The notes: a model not told the origin generated them from the letters alone. A stretch of DNA of 64,000 nt from Candidatus Sumerlaeaceae bacterium (GCA_049968255.1 JBMFRB010000002.1:1-64000), one strand, 5' to 3'; counted from the first letter of the stretch, positions 1 through 10,435 are shown. Made by a program: numbers and translations.

Positions 1-54
1 AACGCCGGCCTGTCACGCCGGAGGTCGCGAGTTCGAGTCTCGTCGGCCCCGCCA
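1..54 (+). tRNA. tRNA-Asp(GTC), 5'-truncated by window edge
   Basis: Anticodon arm ccggc-ctGTCac-gccgg, T-arm gcgag-TTCGAGT-ctcgt, ends in encoded CCA at 52-54. Confidence 0.93.
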
Positions 55-276
55 TTTTTCTTCCCGCCGCCGTATGCCCGTTCTGGCTATTCCAAAATTC
101 GAATTGCGTCCAACAAATGGCGAAAACACGATTTTCGCTGCGCTTTCTTCGGTCACTCACCGCCAGTAGACCGGTTCGAACAAGGGGAAAAAACAAGAGC
201 CCTTTGGCTTGCCGCGAGTAGACTAGTTTAGGAACTTCAAGGAGAAAAAAACGTCAGTTTGGAGGATGTGATAAAG

Positions 277-2361
277 ATGCCAGGGTTTGTGAGCAGAATA
301 AGTTCGCTGGTTCTTAGCATTTTTGCCATCAGTGCCCTCGCGACGGCGGAAGAGCGCATTCTCTGGTATAGTATCGGCGACGGGCTCACCAGCACGACCA
401 ACATGCAAAATGCTATCAACTTTGCGGTGACCAACAACTTTAATGCGATTTGCTTCCTCGCGCGCTATCGGGCGGATGCGTATTACATTCCTAATCGCGA
501 TTTTTCCACTTACCCCAATCCTGAGCCGGCCAAGTCTGGCGCTGCCGGCGATTCACTTCAATTCATCATTGATCGGGCGCATGAGGCAGGCCTCCGGGTC
601 TACATATCCTTCGGCTGTTTCCTTGTGACCGATGGCTCGAATACTTACCCCTCGTATTTGCCCGCCGGAGCAGTACAATGGATTTACAAAGACGTGGCTG
701 CGCCCACGGCCTCCGACGACACTACGTACAACCCGGATGCCGGCTATCCACGGCCAACGACAACCGCCGATACATCGGAGGGCCTGTGGATAGATCCCGG
801 ACGTAATGATGTGCGCCAGTACACACGAAACATCCTCAAAGACATTGTTTTGAACTACGATATTGATGGCGTGATTTTCGACCGTGTGCGTTATCCAGGT
901 GATGCGCTTCCCCATCGCAATGAAGCCTATGGTTATAATCCACAGGCTCTTTCCGATATGGGACTGAACAATCCTGGGCCAGGGAGCACGACCTTTATCA
1001 ACGCCCGGCGCCAGGCCGTCGCCAATTTTATTTCCGAAGCCCGTGCCGACGTCCATGCTATAAAACCTTGGATCATTGTGGGGGCTGCGCCGGTTGTCTA
1101 TGGAACGACACTCACCGATACTTACTCGACAGTATTCCAGTATTTCCCCATGTGGAACACTATGAGCAATTCCAACCATGTCAATGGGCTCGGAATTCTC
1201 GATATGGTAGCGCCGCAGTACTATCGCTCTACTGCTGCGGCTAATGCGACGCTCATGGACCTCGCCAAACCCGATGTCACAAACATGGTGCACCAGGCCA
1301 CGTTTTACACTGTAACGGAACCAGCTGCGGAGATGGCGCAGAGCATCTGCGACACACGCAATGCGACGCGGGGCATGAAAGGCTTTGGCATATATACTTA
1401 CGCGGGCGCCAGTGCTTCTGGATTTATGAGCACCCTCAATTCCACTTCCACGTCGCCGTGTGGCACGGGAGTCATGGCTTCAGCTAGTCCGCTTGTGGAT
1501 TATACCCTCAAGGTGAATTGGGATAGTCAGAAACCCAACAATATCACCAATCTTGCAGCCGACACAAGCACCCCGGGGCGGGTCCGCCTCACGTGGTCCA
1601 CGCCTCCGACAGCATCGGACGGCGATGTCCCCGTGCGTTATCTCGTTTACCGCTCGACGTCCACACCGGTGAAACTTTATTACTCGAACCTTGTCAATCG
1701 CAACTATGAGGTGACCGGCAACGAGTTCATTGATGAGCCTTCAAAAGGTCTTACGGCCGGCACCTTTTACTACAAAGTGATTCCCGTCGATGACTACAAC
1801 AACAAGGGCGACTCCAACCTTGTCGGTCCCGTCTCGCCAAGTTTCCCGGAGTTTATCATCGAAACACGCTCTGGTGGCCAGAATTCTACCAAATATACGG
1901 AAATTAGCGGCGACTGGCAAAATTCGACATCGAAAAGCACAGCTGCCGGAGTAACCTCTGGCATTGGTTCCCGCTTTGCCACCTTGGATACCAAAAACGA
2001 CGTCGCGCGTTTCACCCTCGCAGGCATCCCCGGTGTGCCGAGTGGCCAACATTATTACGACATCTACTATACAACCAATAACGTTTCCTCGACAAACTGT
2101 GTCAATTGCACCTATCGCGTGAAGACAGCCTCTGGCATTGTCTCGGGAACTTTCGATGTTCTGCCCTCCACCACCGGCAACCAATGGTACAAAGTCGCGA
2201 GTGGGGTGTTGCTCGATTCCGCAGATGCCTATTTTGAAGTGGACAGCAGTTCTAGTACGACCACACCTAACGGGCTCAATACTCGACTTCCTGCCGATGC
2301 AGTGAAGTTCGCGTTTGTGCAGTGGTTACCTGTCACGTTATCGCAACTTATGATTGAGTGA
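277..2361 (+). CDS. Secreted family-10-like glycosyl hydrolase (GHL10/YddW-like) with FN3 and a golvesin-like C-terminal domain, ending in a PVTLS tag
   Basis: ATG 277 after GGAGGA; signal peptide (..ISALATA/EE); WIDPG..VRQY..I..DIV.NYDIDGVIFD..RYP and MVAPQYY motifs; FN3-like LTWSTP..YLVYRS..YYKVIPVD; ..GNQWYKV..ADAVKF domain. Confidence 0.75.
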   Translation: MPGFVSRISSLVLSIFAISALATAEERILWYSIGDGLTSTTNMQNAINFAVTNNFNAICFLARYRADAYYIPNRDFSTYPNPEPAKSGAAGDSLQFIIDRAHEAGLRVYISFGCFLVTDGSNTYPSYLPAGAVQWIYKDVAAPTASDDTTYNPDAGYPRPTTTADTSEGLWIDPGRNDVRQYTRNILKDIVLNYDIDGVIFDRVRYPGDALPHRNEAYGYNPQALSDMGLNNPGPGSTTFINARRQAVANFISEARADVHAIKPWIIVGAAPVVYGTTLTDTYSTVFQYFPMWNTMSNSNHVNGLGILDMVAPQYYRSTAAANATLMDLAKPDVTNMVHQATFYTVTEPAAEMAQSICDTRNATRGMKGFGIYTYAGASASGFMSTLNSTSTSPCGTGVMASASPLVDYTLKVNWDSQKPNNITNLAADTSTPGRVRLTWSTPPTASDGDVPVRYLVYRSTSTPVKLYYSNLVNRNYEVTGNEFIDEPSKGLTAGTFYYKVIPVDDYNNKGDSNLVGPVSPSFPEFIIETRSGGQNSTKYTEISGDWQNSTSKSTAAGVTSGIGSRFATLDTKNDVARFTLAGIPGVPSGQHYYDIYYTTNNVSSTNCVNCTYRVKTASGIVSGTFDVLPSTTGNQWYKVASGVLLDSADAYFEVDSSSSTTTPNGLNTRLPADAVKFAFVQWLPVTLSQLMIE

Positions 2362-2379
2362 CAAGGTAGGGCGAAAACG

Positions 2380-2416
2380 AAAGCGCCTCTTCGAACGGTT
2401 CGAAGAGGCGCTTTTT
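2380..2416. terminator. Bidirectional intrinsic terminator between convergent genes
   Basis: Perfect 16-bp inverted repeat aaagcgcctcttcgaa/ttcgaagaggcgcttt with A-tract before and T-tract after. Confidence 0.85.
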
Positions 2417-2448
2417 GATGAACGAGAGAATTTGCGATGGGGCGAATT

Positions 2449-5145
2449 TCAGCCAAGTTTTGCTTCAATTAGCCCCTGGGCGATCTTGAGTGCTTCCCCG
2501 ATCCCCCCTGGATTTTTGCCGCCAGCTTGCGCCATATCTTTCTTGCCGCCGCCCGATCCACCGACTGCCACAGCTGCGGCTTTCACAACGTCAGACGCGG
2601 AGAGCCCTTTGGCCACGACGTCCGGCGTAAATCCAGCGATGATGGTCACGCGCCCGTTTAAAGCCGAAGCAAGAACCGCAGCCAACCCACCTTGCGAGCG
2701 CCTTGACTTGAGATGATCGAAGACCTCACGCAGTTGCGCCGCTTCCATTTCCTCAAATTGGGCAACCACTACTTTGACACCGGCTTTCTCAGGCGCTTGC
2801 TCCAACAATTCCGCTGCTTCCTGAGCGCTTGCCTTGGCTCGCCACTGCGCAATTTCCCTGCGGCTTGCTTTGAGCTCATCAAGCAGCCCTTCCACCCGCT
2901 CAATCACCTTTTCCTTTGGCACACACAGCAGCTCGGACAGCCCTTTGATTATCCCACGCTCAGATTGAATCACCTCAATTGCGCCGCGGCCCGTTGTTGC
3001 CTCGATGCGGCGCACGCCGGCTGCAACCGCACTTTCGCTCAAAATGATGAAAGTGCCAATATTACCTGTCGCAGGCACATGGGTTCCGCCGCAAAATTCC
3101 ACATCCCACCCTGGGACGTCTATGACGCGGACGACTGCCCCGTAACGCTCTCCGAACGGAGCGATAGCACCAGTTTTTCGCGCCTCTTCCAAAGCCATCA
3201 CCGCACATCGCACGGGCAGATTTTTTATGATTTGCTCATTGACCAACATTTCGATCTGCCGGATCTGCTCTGCGCTAAGCGCTTCGGGATTTGTGAAATC
3301 AAAGCGCAGGTACTCCGGGCCCACATAGGAACCTTGCTGCGTGACGTGCTTGCCAACGATGGTTTTGAGCGCCCCTTGCAGAAGATGGGTGGCTGTGTGG
3401 TTGCGCATAATCTCCCATCGGCGCTCGATATCGATTTCTGCTTGGACTTCCACGCCTTCCTGAATATCCCCCTCCGTAACAGTTGCGTAGTGTACGAAGA
3501 CATCCTCATTGGATTTTTGAACGTCTGTCACCCGCATCGAGCCCGTGGGCGCAACGATGATTCCTGTGTCGGCAACCTGTCCGCCGGCCTCCGCATAGAA
3601 CGGCGTGGCGTCTAACACGAAAGCCACCTGCTCGCCAGCACGTGCCCGTGAAACCCGTTCGTCACCCTTGAAAATAGCGAGCACTCTTAGCCCCTGCGAG
3701 CTGCGCAAAGGATACTCAGCTGCATTTTCTGCGTAGCCGAGAAATCTCGTTTTCCCGTGCTGCTGAAAAATCTGTTTGAGTTCTTCGTAGATGCCCTCGA
3801 AGCGCATGCCTTTCGCCGCTTTGCGCGACTCCTCTTTGTGGTGTGCCACGCATTGTTGGTACCCATCGACATCCACACTGATCCCGCGGTCTCGTGCAAC
3901 CTCGCAGACATCGTCATAAGGGAGCCCGTAAGTTGAGCAGAGAAGGAAAACATCTTCTCCCGAAAGCCCCGTCATGCCGCACTTCTCGATCAGTTGTTCG
4001 AGTTTTTGCAGCCCTACGCCGAGCGTTTGAGCGTACGTCTCTTCCTCAGTCCGGACCACACGTTTGACCAAATCGGTCGTCTCTTTAATTTCGGGGTAAA
4101 CACCCCCCATCACGTCCACGACCGTATCAACGAGCCGATACATGAAAGGCTGATCCTGTCCAAGGCGTCGTGCGTAACGTGCCGCACGCCGCAGCAGGCG
4201 CCGCAACACATAACCACGTCCATCGTTTGATGGAAGAATCCCCTCGCTCAGGGCGAAAACCAAGGCGCGGATATGGTCGGCCACCACGTTCACACACTGG
4301 CGCTTATCGATGGGAAGATTTTGGTAATTGCCTACTTGCGTCAGATCGCATACAGCGCTAACAATTGGCAGCAAAAGATCCGTCTCGTAGGGCGACACTG
4401 CCTCCTGCACAAGACACGTAAGGCGCTCGAGCCCCATGCCCGTATCCACACCGCGATTCTTCAGTGGACGTCGTGTCCCATCCTTCTGCTGATCAAACTG
4501 CGGGAACACGCAATTCCAGTACTCAAGGTAACGTGTGTGAGGATCATTGTCATTCAGCGTGGCTTCTTGGAAAGAAAGCCCGGGGCCGTATTGCTCGCCA
4601 CGGTCGTAGTAGAGCTCGCTACAGGGGCCGCATGCGCCAGTGTCGCCTGCTGGCCCCCAAAAATTATCCTTCGACCCTAACCGTACCATGTGGCTCTCGG
4701 GCATGCCGATCTCTTTTGTCCAGATGTCCCACGCCTCATCATCCTCTTCATAAACGCTCGCATAAATGCGATTCGGATCCAGTCCCACCACTTTCGTCGA
4801 AAACTCCCAAGCCCACAGCAGCGCTTCGCGCTTGAAGTAATCACCAAACGAGAAATTGCCAAGCATCTCGAAGAAGGTATGGTGGCGAAGAGTTTTGCCC
4901 ACGTTTTCCAAATCGCTGCCTTTCCCCCCCGCTCGGAGACACTTCTGCACGCTGCAAGCCCGTGTGTAGGGCAGAGGAACAGTCCCCGCATAAAATGGCT
5001 TAAACTGAACCATTCCAGCCGTAGTGAAAAGCAAAGTGGGATCATCGGGAGGAACAAGGGGCGAAGAAGGCACAAGTCTGTGCCGACGAATCTCGTCCGT
5101 AAAATAATCAATAAAAGCTTTCCGCAATTCGTAAGACTTTTTCAT
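2449..5145 (-). CDS. alaS: Alanine--tRNA ligase
   Basis: DPTLLFTTAGMVQFK, HHTFFEMLGNFSFGDYFK, editing-domain HTATH..CGGTH, C-terminal GGGKKDMAQAGG; start trimmed to MKKSYELR (alternative ATG 5151). Confidence 0.97.
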   Translation of the reverse strand: MKKSYELRKAFIDYFTDEIRRHRLVPSSPLVPPDDPTLLFTTAGMVQFKPFYAGTVPLPYTRACSVQKCLRAGGKGSDLENVGKTLRHHTFFEMLGNFSFGDYFKREALLWAWEFSTKVVGLDPNRIYASVYEEDDEAWDIWTKEIGMPESHMVRLGSKDNFWGPAGDTGACGPCSELYYDRGEQYGPGLSFQEATLNDNDPHTRYLEYWNCVFPQFDQQKDGTRRPLKNRGVDTGMGLERLTCLVQEAVSPYETDLLLPIVSAVCDLTQVGNYQNLPIDKRQCVNVVADHIRALVFALSEGILPSNDGRGYVLRRLLRRAARYARRLGQDQPFMYRLVDTVVDVMGGVYPEIKETTDLVKRVVRTEEETYAQTLGVGLQKLEQLIEKCGMTGLSGEDVFLLCSTYGLPYDDVCEVARDRGISVDVDGYQQCVAHHKEESRKAAKGMRFEGIYEELKQIFQQHGKTRFLGYAENAAEYPLRSSQGLRVLAIFKGDERVSRARAGEQVAFVLDATPFYAEAGGQVADTGIIVAPTGSMRVTDVQKSNEDVFVHYATVTEGDIQEGVEVQAEIDIERRWEIMRNHTATHLLQGALKTIVGKHVTQQGSYVGPEYLRFDFTNPEALSAEQIRQIEMLVNEQIIKNLPVRCAVMALEEARKTGAIAPFGERYGAVVRVIDVPGWDVEFCGGTHVPATGNIGTFIILSESAVAAGVRRIEATTGRGAIEVIQSERGIIKGLSELLCVPKEKVIERVEGLLDELKASRREIAQWRAKASAQEAAELLEQAPEKAGVKVVVAQFEEMEAAQLREVFDHLKSRRSQGGLAAVLASALNGRVTIIAGFTPDVVAKGLSASDVVKAAAVAVGGSGGGKKDMAQAGGKNPGGIGEALKIAQGLIEAKLG

Positions 5146-5292
5146 CGTCATTCCATTTTCTCGTAAGCTGCGAAGGATCTTACCGAGCGAATTTATGAAT
5201 GAACTTCCGTGCGCATTATTCGCTGTCAAAGCACTATTAGCTGACACGGTATTGTCGCTCAAATAATCGCGCCATGAGAAAGGAACATCACG

Positions 5293-5979
5293 ATGAGCAA
5301 TGATTTCCGTTACGACGTCCTCGCAATTGGAGCTCATCCGGACGATGTGGAACACGCCATCGGTGGAACTCTGCTTAGGCTAAGGGACCAGGGCAAAACC
5401 ATCTGCATTGCCCACATGACCCACGGCGAGGCCGGTACCTTTGGAAGTGCAAGCTTGCGAGACGAGGAAGCCCGCGCTGCAGCGCAATACCTCGGTGCCG
5501 ATTTGCATTGGCTCGATTTCCCTGATACGCAAATCGAGGACACTCCCGAAGCTCGCCGCCGCATCGTCCAATTCATTCGCGAAATTCGGCCGCGCATCAT
5601 CTTCTGTCATTACTACGATTATCCTCTCATGCATCCAGACCATGAGGCTACCGGCCGAATCTTGAAAGCGGCTTTTCGACTCTGCCGCTTCAAAAACTTT
5701 GAGACAGGCAATGAACCGTTTTGGATCCCGAACATTGCTTACTATCTCTTTCCCGAGAGTGTACGCCCGACATTTGTTGTGGATGTCACGGACTACATGA
5801 AACGGTGGGAAGAACTAGCTAACTGCTACGCGTCGCAGTTCCACAATATCCCCAATTACCGCGATCGTCTGCTCACCCGTAAGCGCGCCGCCGGACTTCT
5901 CATTGATGTCTCTTATGGCGAAGCTTTCTATTGCGATCGCCCCGTCAACGCCAGTCGGGTGGACATCACCCTTTTTTAG
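5293..5979 (+). CDS. PIG-L/LmbE family deacetylase (BshB1-like)
   Basis: AIGAHPDDVE and HPDH zinc motifs, THGEAG..R..EA..AA..LG. Confidence 0.85.
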   Translation: MSNDFRYDVLAIGAHPDDVEHAIGGTLLRLRDQGKTICIAHMTHGEAGTFGSASLRDEEARAAAQYLGADLHWLDFPDTQIEDTPEARRRIVQFIREIRPRIIFCHYYDYPLMHPDHEATGRILKAAFRLCRFKNFETGNEPFWIPNIAYYLFPESVRPTFVVDVTDYMKRWEELANCYASQFHNIPNYRDRLLTRKRAAGLLIDVSYGEAFYCDRPVNASRVDITLF

Positions 5980-6104
5980 GCTCCTTTTCGTCCTGTTAGA
6001 AAATTGCTAAAAAATCTTGAGAATAGACGAGCGGGGCGGTGGTCAATAAGTTACGCAGAGGTTCATTCTGTAATGTAAACTTTTGTGGTTGAAGGAGTCA
6101 GTTT

Positions 6105-6473
6105 ATGAAGCGTGTTATGGCCATTACCGCAGCGATGGCGTTGACGGTAGGCGTGTGCATTGCAGGCGAAGCGAAAATAGAGAAGCCAGCGAAAGCGGAA
6201 AAGTCTGCGACCGCCTCGCCTGATCGAAAACGCGCATGGGGTGCTGCGCAGGAGGAAATGTGGAAAAAAGCTGGTTGCTCCGACGAGGAGATCGCAAAAC
6301 TCAAAGAGCTCCAGCAGCAGTTTATAGAAGCCCGCAAAGCGAAAGACGAGCAGAAGGTTAAGCAGATTCGGGAGGAAATGGATAAGATCTTGACCCCCGA
6401 GCGCAAAGCCAAAATCTCTGAGATGCGGGCTGCGGCGAAACCCAAAGCGAAGGATTCGCAGACAACCAAGTAG
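6105..6473 (+). CDS. Small secreted helical protein (Spy/CpxP-like)
   Basis: AAGGAG RBS, signal peptide, charged helical body with ILTPERK (LTxxQ-like) motif. Confidence 0.6.
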   Translation: MKRVMAITAAMALTVGVCIAGEAKIEKPAKAEKSATASPDRKRAWGAAQEEMWKKAGCSDEEIAKLKELQQQFIEARKAKDEQKVKQIREEMDKILTPERKAKISEMRAAAKPKAKDSQTTK

Positions 6474-6495
6474 TTAGGCACGCAGTAAGCGATGC

Positions 6496-6536
6496 TAAAG
6501 GAGGCGCTGCAGAAGGCTGCAGCGCCTCTCCCTTTA
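6496..6536. terminator. Probable intrinsic terminator hairpin
   Basis: 12-bp stem gaggcgctgcag-aagg-ctgcagcgcctc extended by taaagg/ccttta, just after the 6473 stop. Confidence 0.65.
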
Positions 6537-6737
6537 AACCATCACCCGAAATGCGCTGAGTTTTGCGTTGCGCGTAGGGAAGTCCCGCTTCACACCAGTA
6601 AGACCAAAACACTATCTACGCTATATACCCCGAGAATCTTAGCGTGCAACGCACCAAAGTAAAGCCATAACCCCCTGAGGAGGGGACAAGAAGACAATAT
6701 AATATCATGTTATTAAATTATCGATTAGTGGCTCGCC

Positions 6738-7982
6738 TTACCCTTTTTCTTGTAACTTGTGGCGCTCAAGCGATTCCCAGCAATCGGGAAGTTTCTCTTT
6801 TAACAGCCGGTGATAGAGTGCCACTTGGTGGTCCAAAACTTTCTGCAAATTGAAGTGTGTCACAACGCGCTCACGGGCTGCAGTGGCTATAGCTTGCATT
6901 CTGTCAGGATTGCGCAGCAAGGCTGCAATCGCATCAGCAAGTGCACGAGCATTGCGCGGCGGAACTAGCAACCCGCATGCTCCATTCACGATCTCCTCGC
7001 GGCATCCCCGGATATTCGTCGCCACACATGGGCGCGCCATCGCCATCGCTTCCAGTAATGAAACCGGCATCCCTTCTCGGTAAGAGGGGAGACAAAAAAT
7101 ATCCATTGCGGCCAGATACGGACGCGTGTCGTCCACCATACCGGCGAAAACGATGTTCTCGTGAACATTCAGGCGCCGAGCCTCGGACATAAACTCGTCC
7201 TTGCCTGCATCGTAGTCACTCTTTAGCACATCCCCCACGACCAGCAAACGGATGTCAGGAAACTCTTGGGTTAGCTGGGCAATAGCCTGCACAAGCTCGA
7301 GAATTCCCTTCTCACGCACGAGTCGCCCGACAAAGCCCACGACTCTGGCATTGTGGGGAATCCCAAGCTTTGTTCGAACATCATTTTGACTACTGGAGGG
7401 GAACATGGCTGGATCAAAGAGCCGGACGTCCACGCCATTGTAAATTGTTTCCACACGGCCGGGCTTTGCGATTCTTTCTTTCAACGCCGTCTCTTCATCC
7501 TCGCCGCTCACTGTCATGATGAAATCACCAAAGCGGGCTCCAAAACGTTCGAGCAAGATATGAAAGCGCTGTTTTGCCGGCGGCATTCCTTCGTGGAAGT
7601 AGAAGCCATGCGCCGTATAAATTCTTATCGGAACGCGGGCAAGCCACGCAGCGACCCGGCCAACAAGCGCCGCGATTGGAGTGTGAACGTGAACGACGTC
7701 AAACCTTTCCCTCCGAAGGAGGCGATAGGTTCGCCAGATTTCAGCCACATGCAGTACAGGATTCATCGAGCGCGCGATGGGATTTTCCAGCACGCTGAAG
7801 CCTTCCTGGCGAAGTTTTTCCACGTAGTAACCACTTCCGCAAGCGATCACGACATCGAACCCTTCCTGCTTTAGGCGGCAACCTAGCGGACGCAAAAAGT
7901 GCCATGCCGTAAAATCTACCGCGCACATCAATAGCACCCGTATCGGGCGCTTTGCTCTACGTCTGTTTGCCTCATCAGTCAT
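6738..7982 (-). CDS. Glycosyltransferase family 4
   Basis: DVVHVHTP, IYTAHGF, FVGRLVREKG, LPSYREGMPVSLLEAMA (ExxxxxxxE) motifs. Confidence 0.92.
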   Translation of the reverse strand: MTDEANRRRAKRPIRVLLMCAVDFTAWHFLRPLGCRLKQEGFDVVIACGSGYYVEKLRQEGFSVLENPIARSMNPVLHVAEIWRTYRLLRRERFDVVHVHTPIAALVGRVAAWLARVPIRIYTAHGFYFHEGMPPAKQRFHILLERFGARFGDFIMTVSGEDEETALKERIAKPGRVETIYNGVDVRLFDPAMFPSSSQNDVRTKLGIPHNARVVGFVGRLVREKGILELVQAIAQLTQEFPDIRLLVVGDVLKSDYDAGKDEFMSEARRLNVHENIVFAGMVDDTRPYLAAMDIFCLPSYREGMPVSLLEAMAMARPCVATNIRGCREEIVNGACGLLVPPRNARALADAIAALLRNPDRMQAIATAARERVVTHFNLQKVLDHQVALYHRLLKEKLPDCWESLERHKLQEKG

Positions 7983-8087
7983 GAGTCAAATCCTTGATCG
8001 TGTCGTCCTGCCCACGCAATCATTGTGTGAACGGAGCTGGAAGTAGGCACTTGCTTCAAAAGCGGGGTTACGAAAAGAACGTTCGTG

Positions 8088-10373
8088 ATGAAGAAGCGCA
8101 TATTCAGGGTCGGGACAAAACTCCTCGTGCTTCTCTTTCTTGTCGGGCTGGTACCCTCCGGCGTTGCCATCTACTTGCTTTACAACGGAGCTATCGCAAC
8201 GACACAAGAGGCTTTGGGCTACCAGCTGCTGGAGCGAGCTCATGGCACGATGGTGGCGCTCGATGAAAATCTCGCGTTGCTTGGCCAGGTAGCCGATCAC
8301 ATTGCTGCGGATATACGGAGCGGGGCAACGCTGGACCATGCGGTCGCGGTGCGCGGTCGAGGGATTGAGGCCGTTGCGATCATCGACACGAGTGGAACAG
8401 TGCTTACCGCCACAGACCAACACATCAAGGGTTACGTCGAGCTGCCGCCCATACTCCTGCCTGGTCAGCGACGTCCGGAAACCTTTTTGGACGAAACGAC
8501 GACCGGGCCTCTCGCACCTGCGCTTCGTTTCTTTGTTCTCTTGCCGCAACAGCGTTATCTCGTGGTGAATGTCCCGCTCGAAAAGTTGCTTGCGCCATTT
8601 GGTGTCAGCCTTCCCGGCGACCAAACTCAGCTCGTTCTCATCACTAATCGTCGCAACCTTATTGCTCGCACGCCTCCCCCTTCACAGGTAGTGCTCAACG
8701 TGCTGGAGAGAAGCTCGCGTGCTCCCACCAGTTTAGCAGATTGGACGTTTATTCGTGTGATGCCGCGAGGCCCGGACTACCTTGCTGCTTATCAGGTTTC
8801 CTCCTATTTTCGGCAGCGGCAAAAGGCGGGGCAAACAAGCGTCGAATGGCTTAGTGTGGCCTACGCCGACACACAATTCGTGATTCCTGCTCTCAATGCG
8901 CTTCTGTGGCGCATTGGCATCTTGGGCATCGCGCTTGCATGCGGCTTGACCGTGCTTTCGGGAGCCGTCTCCTCGACTTTTGTGCGTCCCCTTCGAACTT
9001 TGCACCGGCAAGTCGAGCGCGTGACATTGGGGGAGTGGGACGTCAACGTAGCCATCCGCACCGGCGATGAAATCGAGGAGCTGTCTCAAGCTTTCGCTGC
9101 TATGCTGGCAGAAATCAAGCGTTCTCGCGAAGCACTTGAGCGCCAAATCATCCAAACTCAGGCTCGCGCTACGCAGGTGGAACTTGTTAATGAAATTAGC
9201 CGCAGCATTTTGGGCACTTTCAGCATCCAGCGTTTGCTTGAAACCACGCATGCGCAGTTTTCCAAACTCGTCAGGGCACGTTCGATCGGGTTGGTGCTGA
9301 GTAAGGGGGCAATGTGGGAAGTGAAAGCAAATCACCCTTTTCCTCTTCTTTCAGAGACGCAGTCAGACTTTTGGAATAGCGTGTGGGACACATTGCAGCA
9401 GGCTCCCCAAGGAATAGTGAACCTCGAAAGCTGTCCCCACGTTTATGCTGTGCGGCTCGCCTCAGGCGATGAGCGCCTTGGCATTCTGCTCATCGAATGC
9501 CCCCCGCCAGAATCTGACCTAGCCGAGCACAAAAGATTGTTGCTCTCGCAGCTGGCTCCTTTCCTGTCGTTGGCTGTTCAGCACATTCAGCTCTACGAAC
9601 AGGTGTGCAATTTCGCGGCAGAGCTCGAACATAAAGTCGAAGAGCGCGCTGCTCAGCTTGAAGAAGCGCACCGACGGTTGCTGCAAAGCGAACGTTTAGC
9701 TGTGACGGGACAACTAGCGGCAGGGGTGGCTCACGAAATCAATAATCCGTTGGCCATCATCAAGAACATGCTCCAGGTTATGCGCCTTGAAAACGCAGCA
9801 AGCAGCGCCACGCTCAAGGTCATTGAGGAGGAAATAGACCGGATTGCGCGCATCGTGCGCAGCTTGCTTGACTTTGCTCGTCCGCCGGCTACCACCGGTC
9901 CACCTTCAAACATCCCCCAGGAAATACAGCACGTTCTGGCCCTTTTGGCCACGACGCTTCGCCACCGACAAATTCATGTTGTCGTAGATGTGGAATCTCA
10001 GTTGCCACCTGCCGCACTGTCGCGTGACAGCTTTCGGCAAGTACTGCTCAACCTGCTGCGCAACGCTGAAGAGGCGGTTCCAAACGGTGGGCAGATCGCC
10101 ATTCGCGCGAAAATCGACGCGTCGGACGGCCGCTGCTGCATAGTTGTGGAAGTAGAGGATCAAGGGGAGGGAATTGCGCCGGAAGTCTTACCGCACATCT
10201 TCGAGCCTTTTGTGACCACAAAACGCGGCGAAGGAGTCGGCCTTGGTCTCTCCGTCAGCTACGGGCTGGTCACTGCGGTTGGCGGAACAATCGAAGTTGA
10301 GTCGGAGCGAGGAAAGGGGACGCGGTTTCGAGTCATTCTGCCAATAGCCGAGTCAGACAATCCAGCTGAGTAA
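8088..10373 (+). CDS. Membrane sensor histidine kinase (extracytoplasmic sensor, HAMP, GAF-like, HisKA, HATPase)
   Basis: Two TM segments, HAMP (GDEIEELSQAF), H-box AGVAHEINNPL, N-box, DQGEGI, FEPFVTTK, GVGLGLS. Confidence 0.9.
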   Translation: MKKRIFRVGTKLLVLLFLVGLVPSGVAIYLLYNGAIATTQEALGYQLLERAHGTMVALDENLALLGQVADHIAADIRSGATLDHAVAVRGRGIEAVAIIDTSGTVLTATDQHIKGYVELPPILLPGQRRPETFLDETTTGPLAPALRFFVLLPQQRYLVVNVPLEKLLAPFGVSLPGDQTQLVLITNRRNLIARTPPPSQVVLNVLERSSRAPTSLADWTFIRVMPRGPDYLAAYQVSSYFRQRQKAGQTSVEWLSVAYADTQFVIPALNALLWRIGILGIALACGLTVLSGAVSSTFVRPLRTLHRQVERVTLGEWDVNVAIRTGDEIEELSQAFAAMLAEIKRSREALERQIIQTQARATQVELVNEISRSILGTFSIQRLLETTHAQFSKLVRARSIGLVLSKGAMWEVKANHPFPLLSETQSDFWNSVWDTLQQAPQGIVNLESCPHVYAVRLASGDERLGILLIECPPPESDLAEHKRLLLSQLAPFLSLAVQHIQLYEQVCNFAAELEHKVEERAAQLEEAHRRLLQSERLAVTGQLAAGVAHEINNPLAIIKNMLQVMRLENAASSATLKVIEEEIDRIARIVRSLLDFARPPATTGPPSNIPQEIQHVLALLATTLRHRQIHVVVDVESQLPPAALSRDSFRQVLLNLLRNAEEAVPNGGQIAIRAKIDASDGRCCIVVEVEDQGEGIAPEVLPHIFEPFVTTKRGEGVGLGLSVSYGLVTAVGGTIEVESERGKGTRFRVILPIAESDNPAE

Positions 10374-10435
10374 ATCGCTCGTTTGCGACAATTTTTCGAT
10401 GGAAGTTTTACAAGGTTCTTTGCACAGATTATCAC

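Noticed and set aside
5146-5355. N-terminal extensions in the ORF track for alaS (likewise nadC, valS, aspC, the acetyltransferase and the receiver protein)
   Set aside because: They overlap neighbouring genes or promoters and lack family similarity; downstream ATGs fit better
6476-6490. Sigma-54-like AGGCACGCAGTAAGC after the small secreted protein
   Set aside because: GG-N10-GC spacing is present but the -12 element is poor, and it points straight into a terminator hairpin
5293-7982. Bacillithiol pathway (BshB1 plus the GT4 as BshA)
   Set aside because: The GT4 resembles generic surface-polysaccharide enzymes, the genes are convergent and separated, and no bshC is seen
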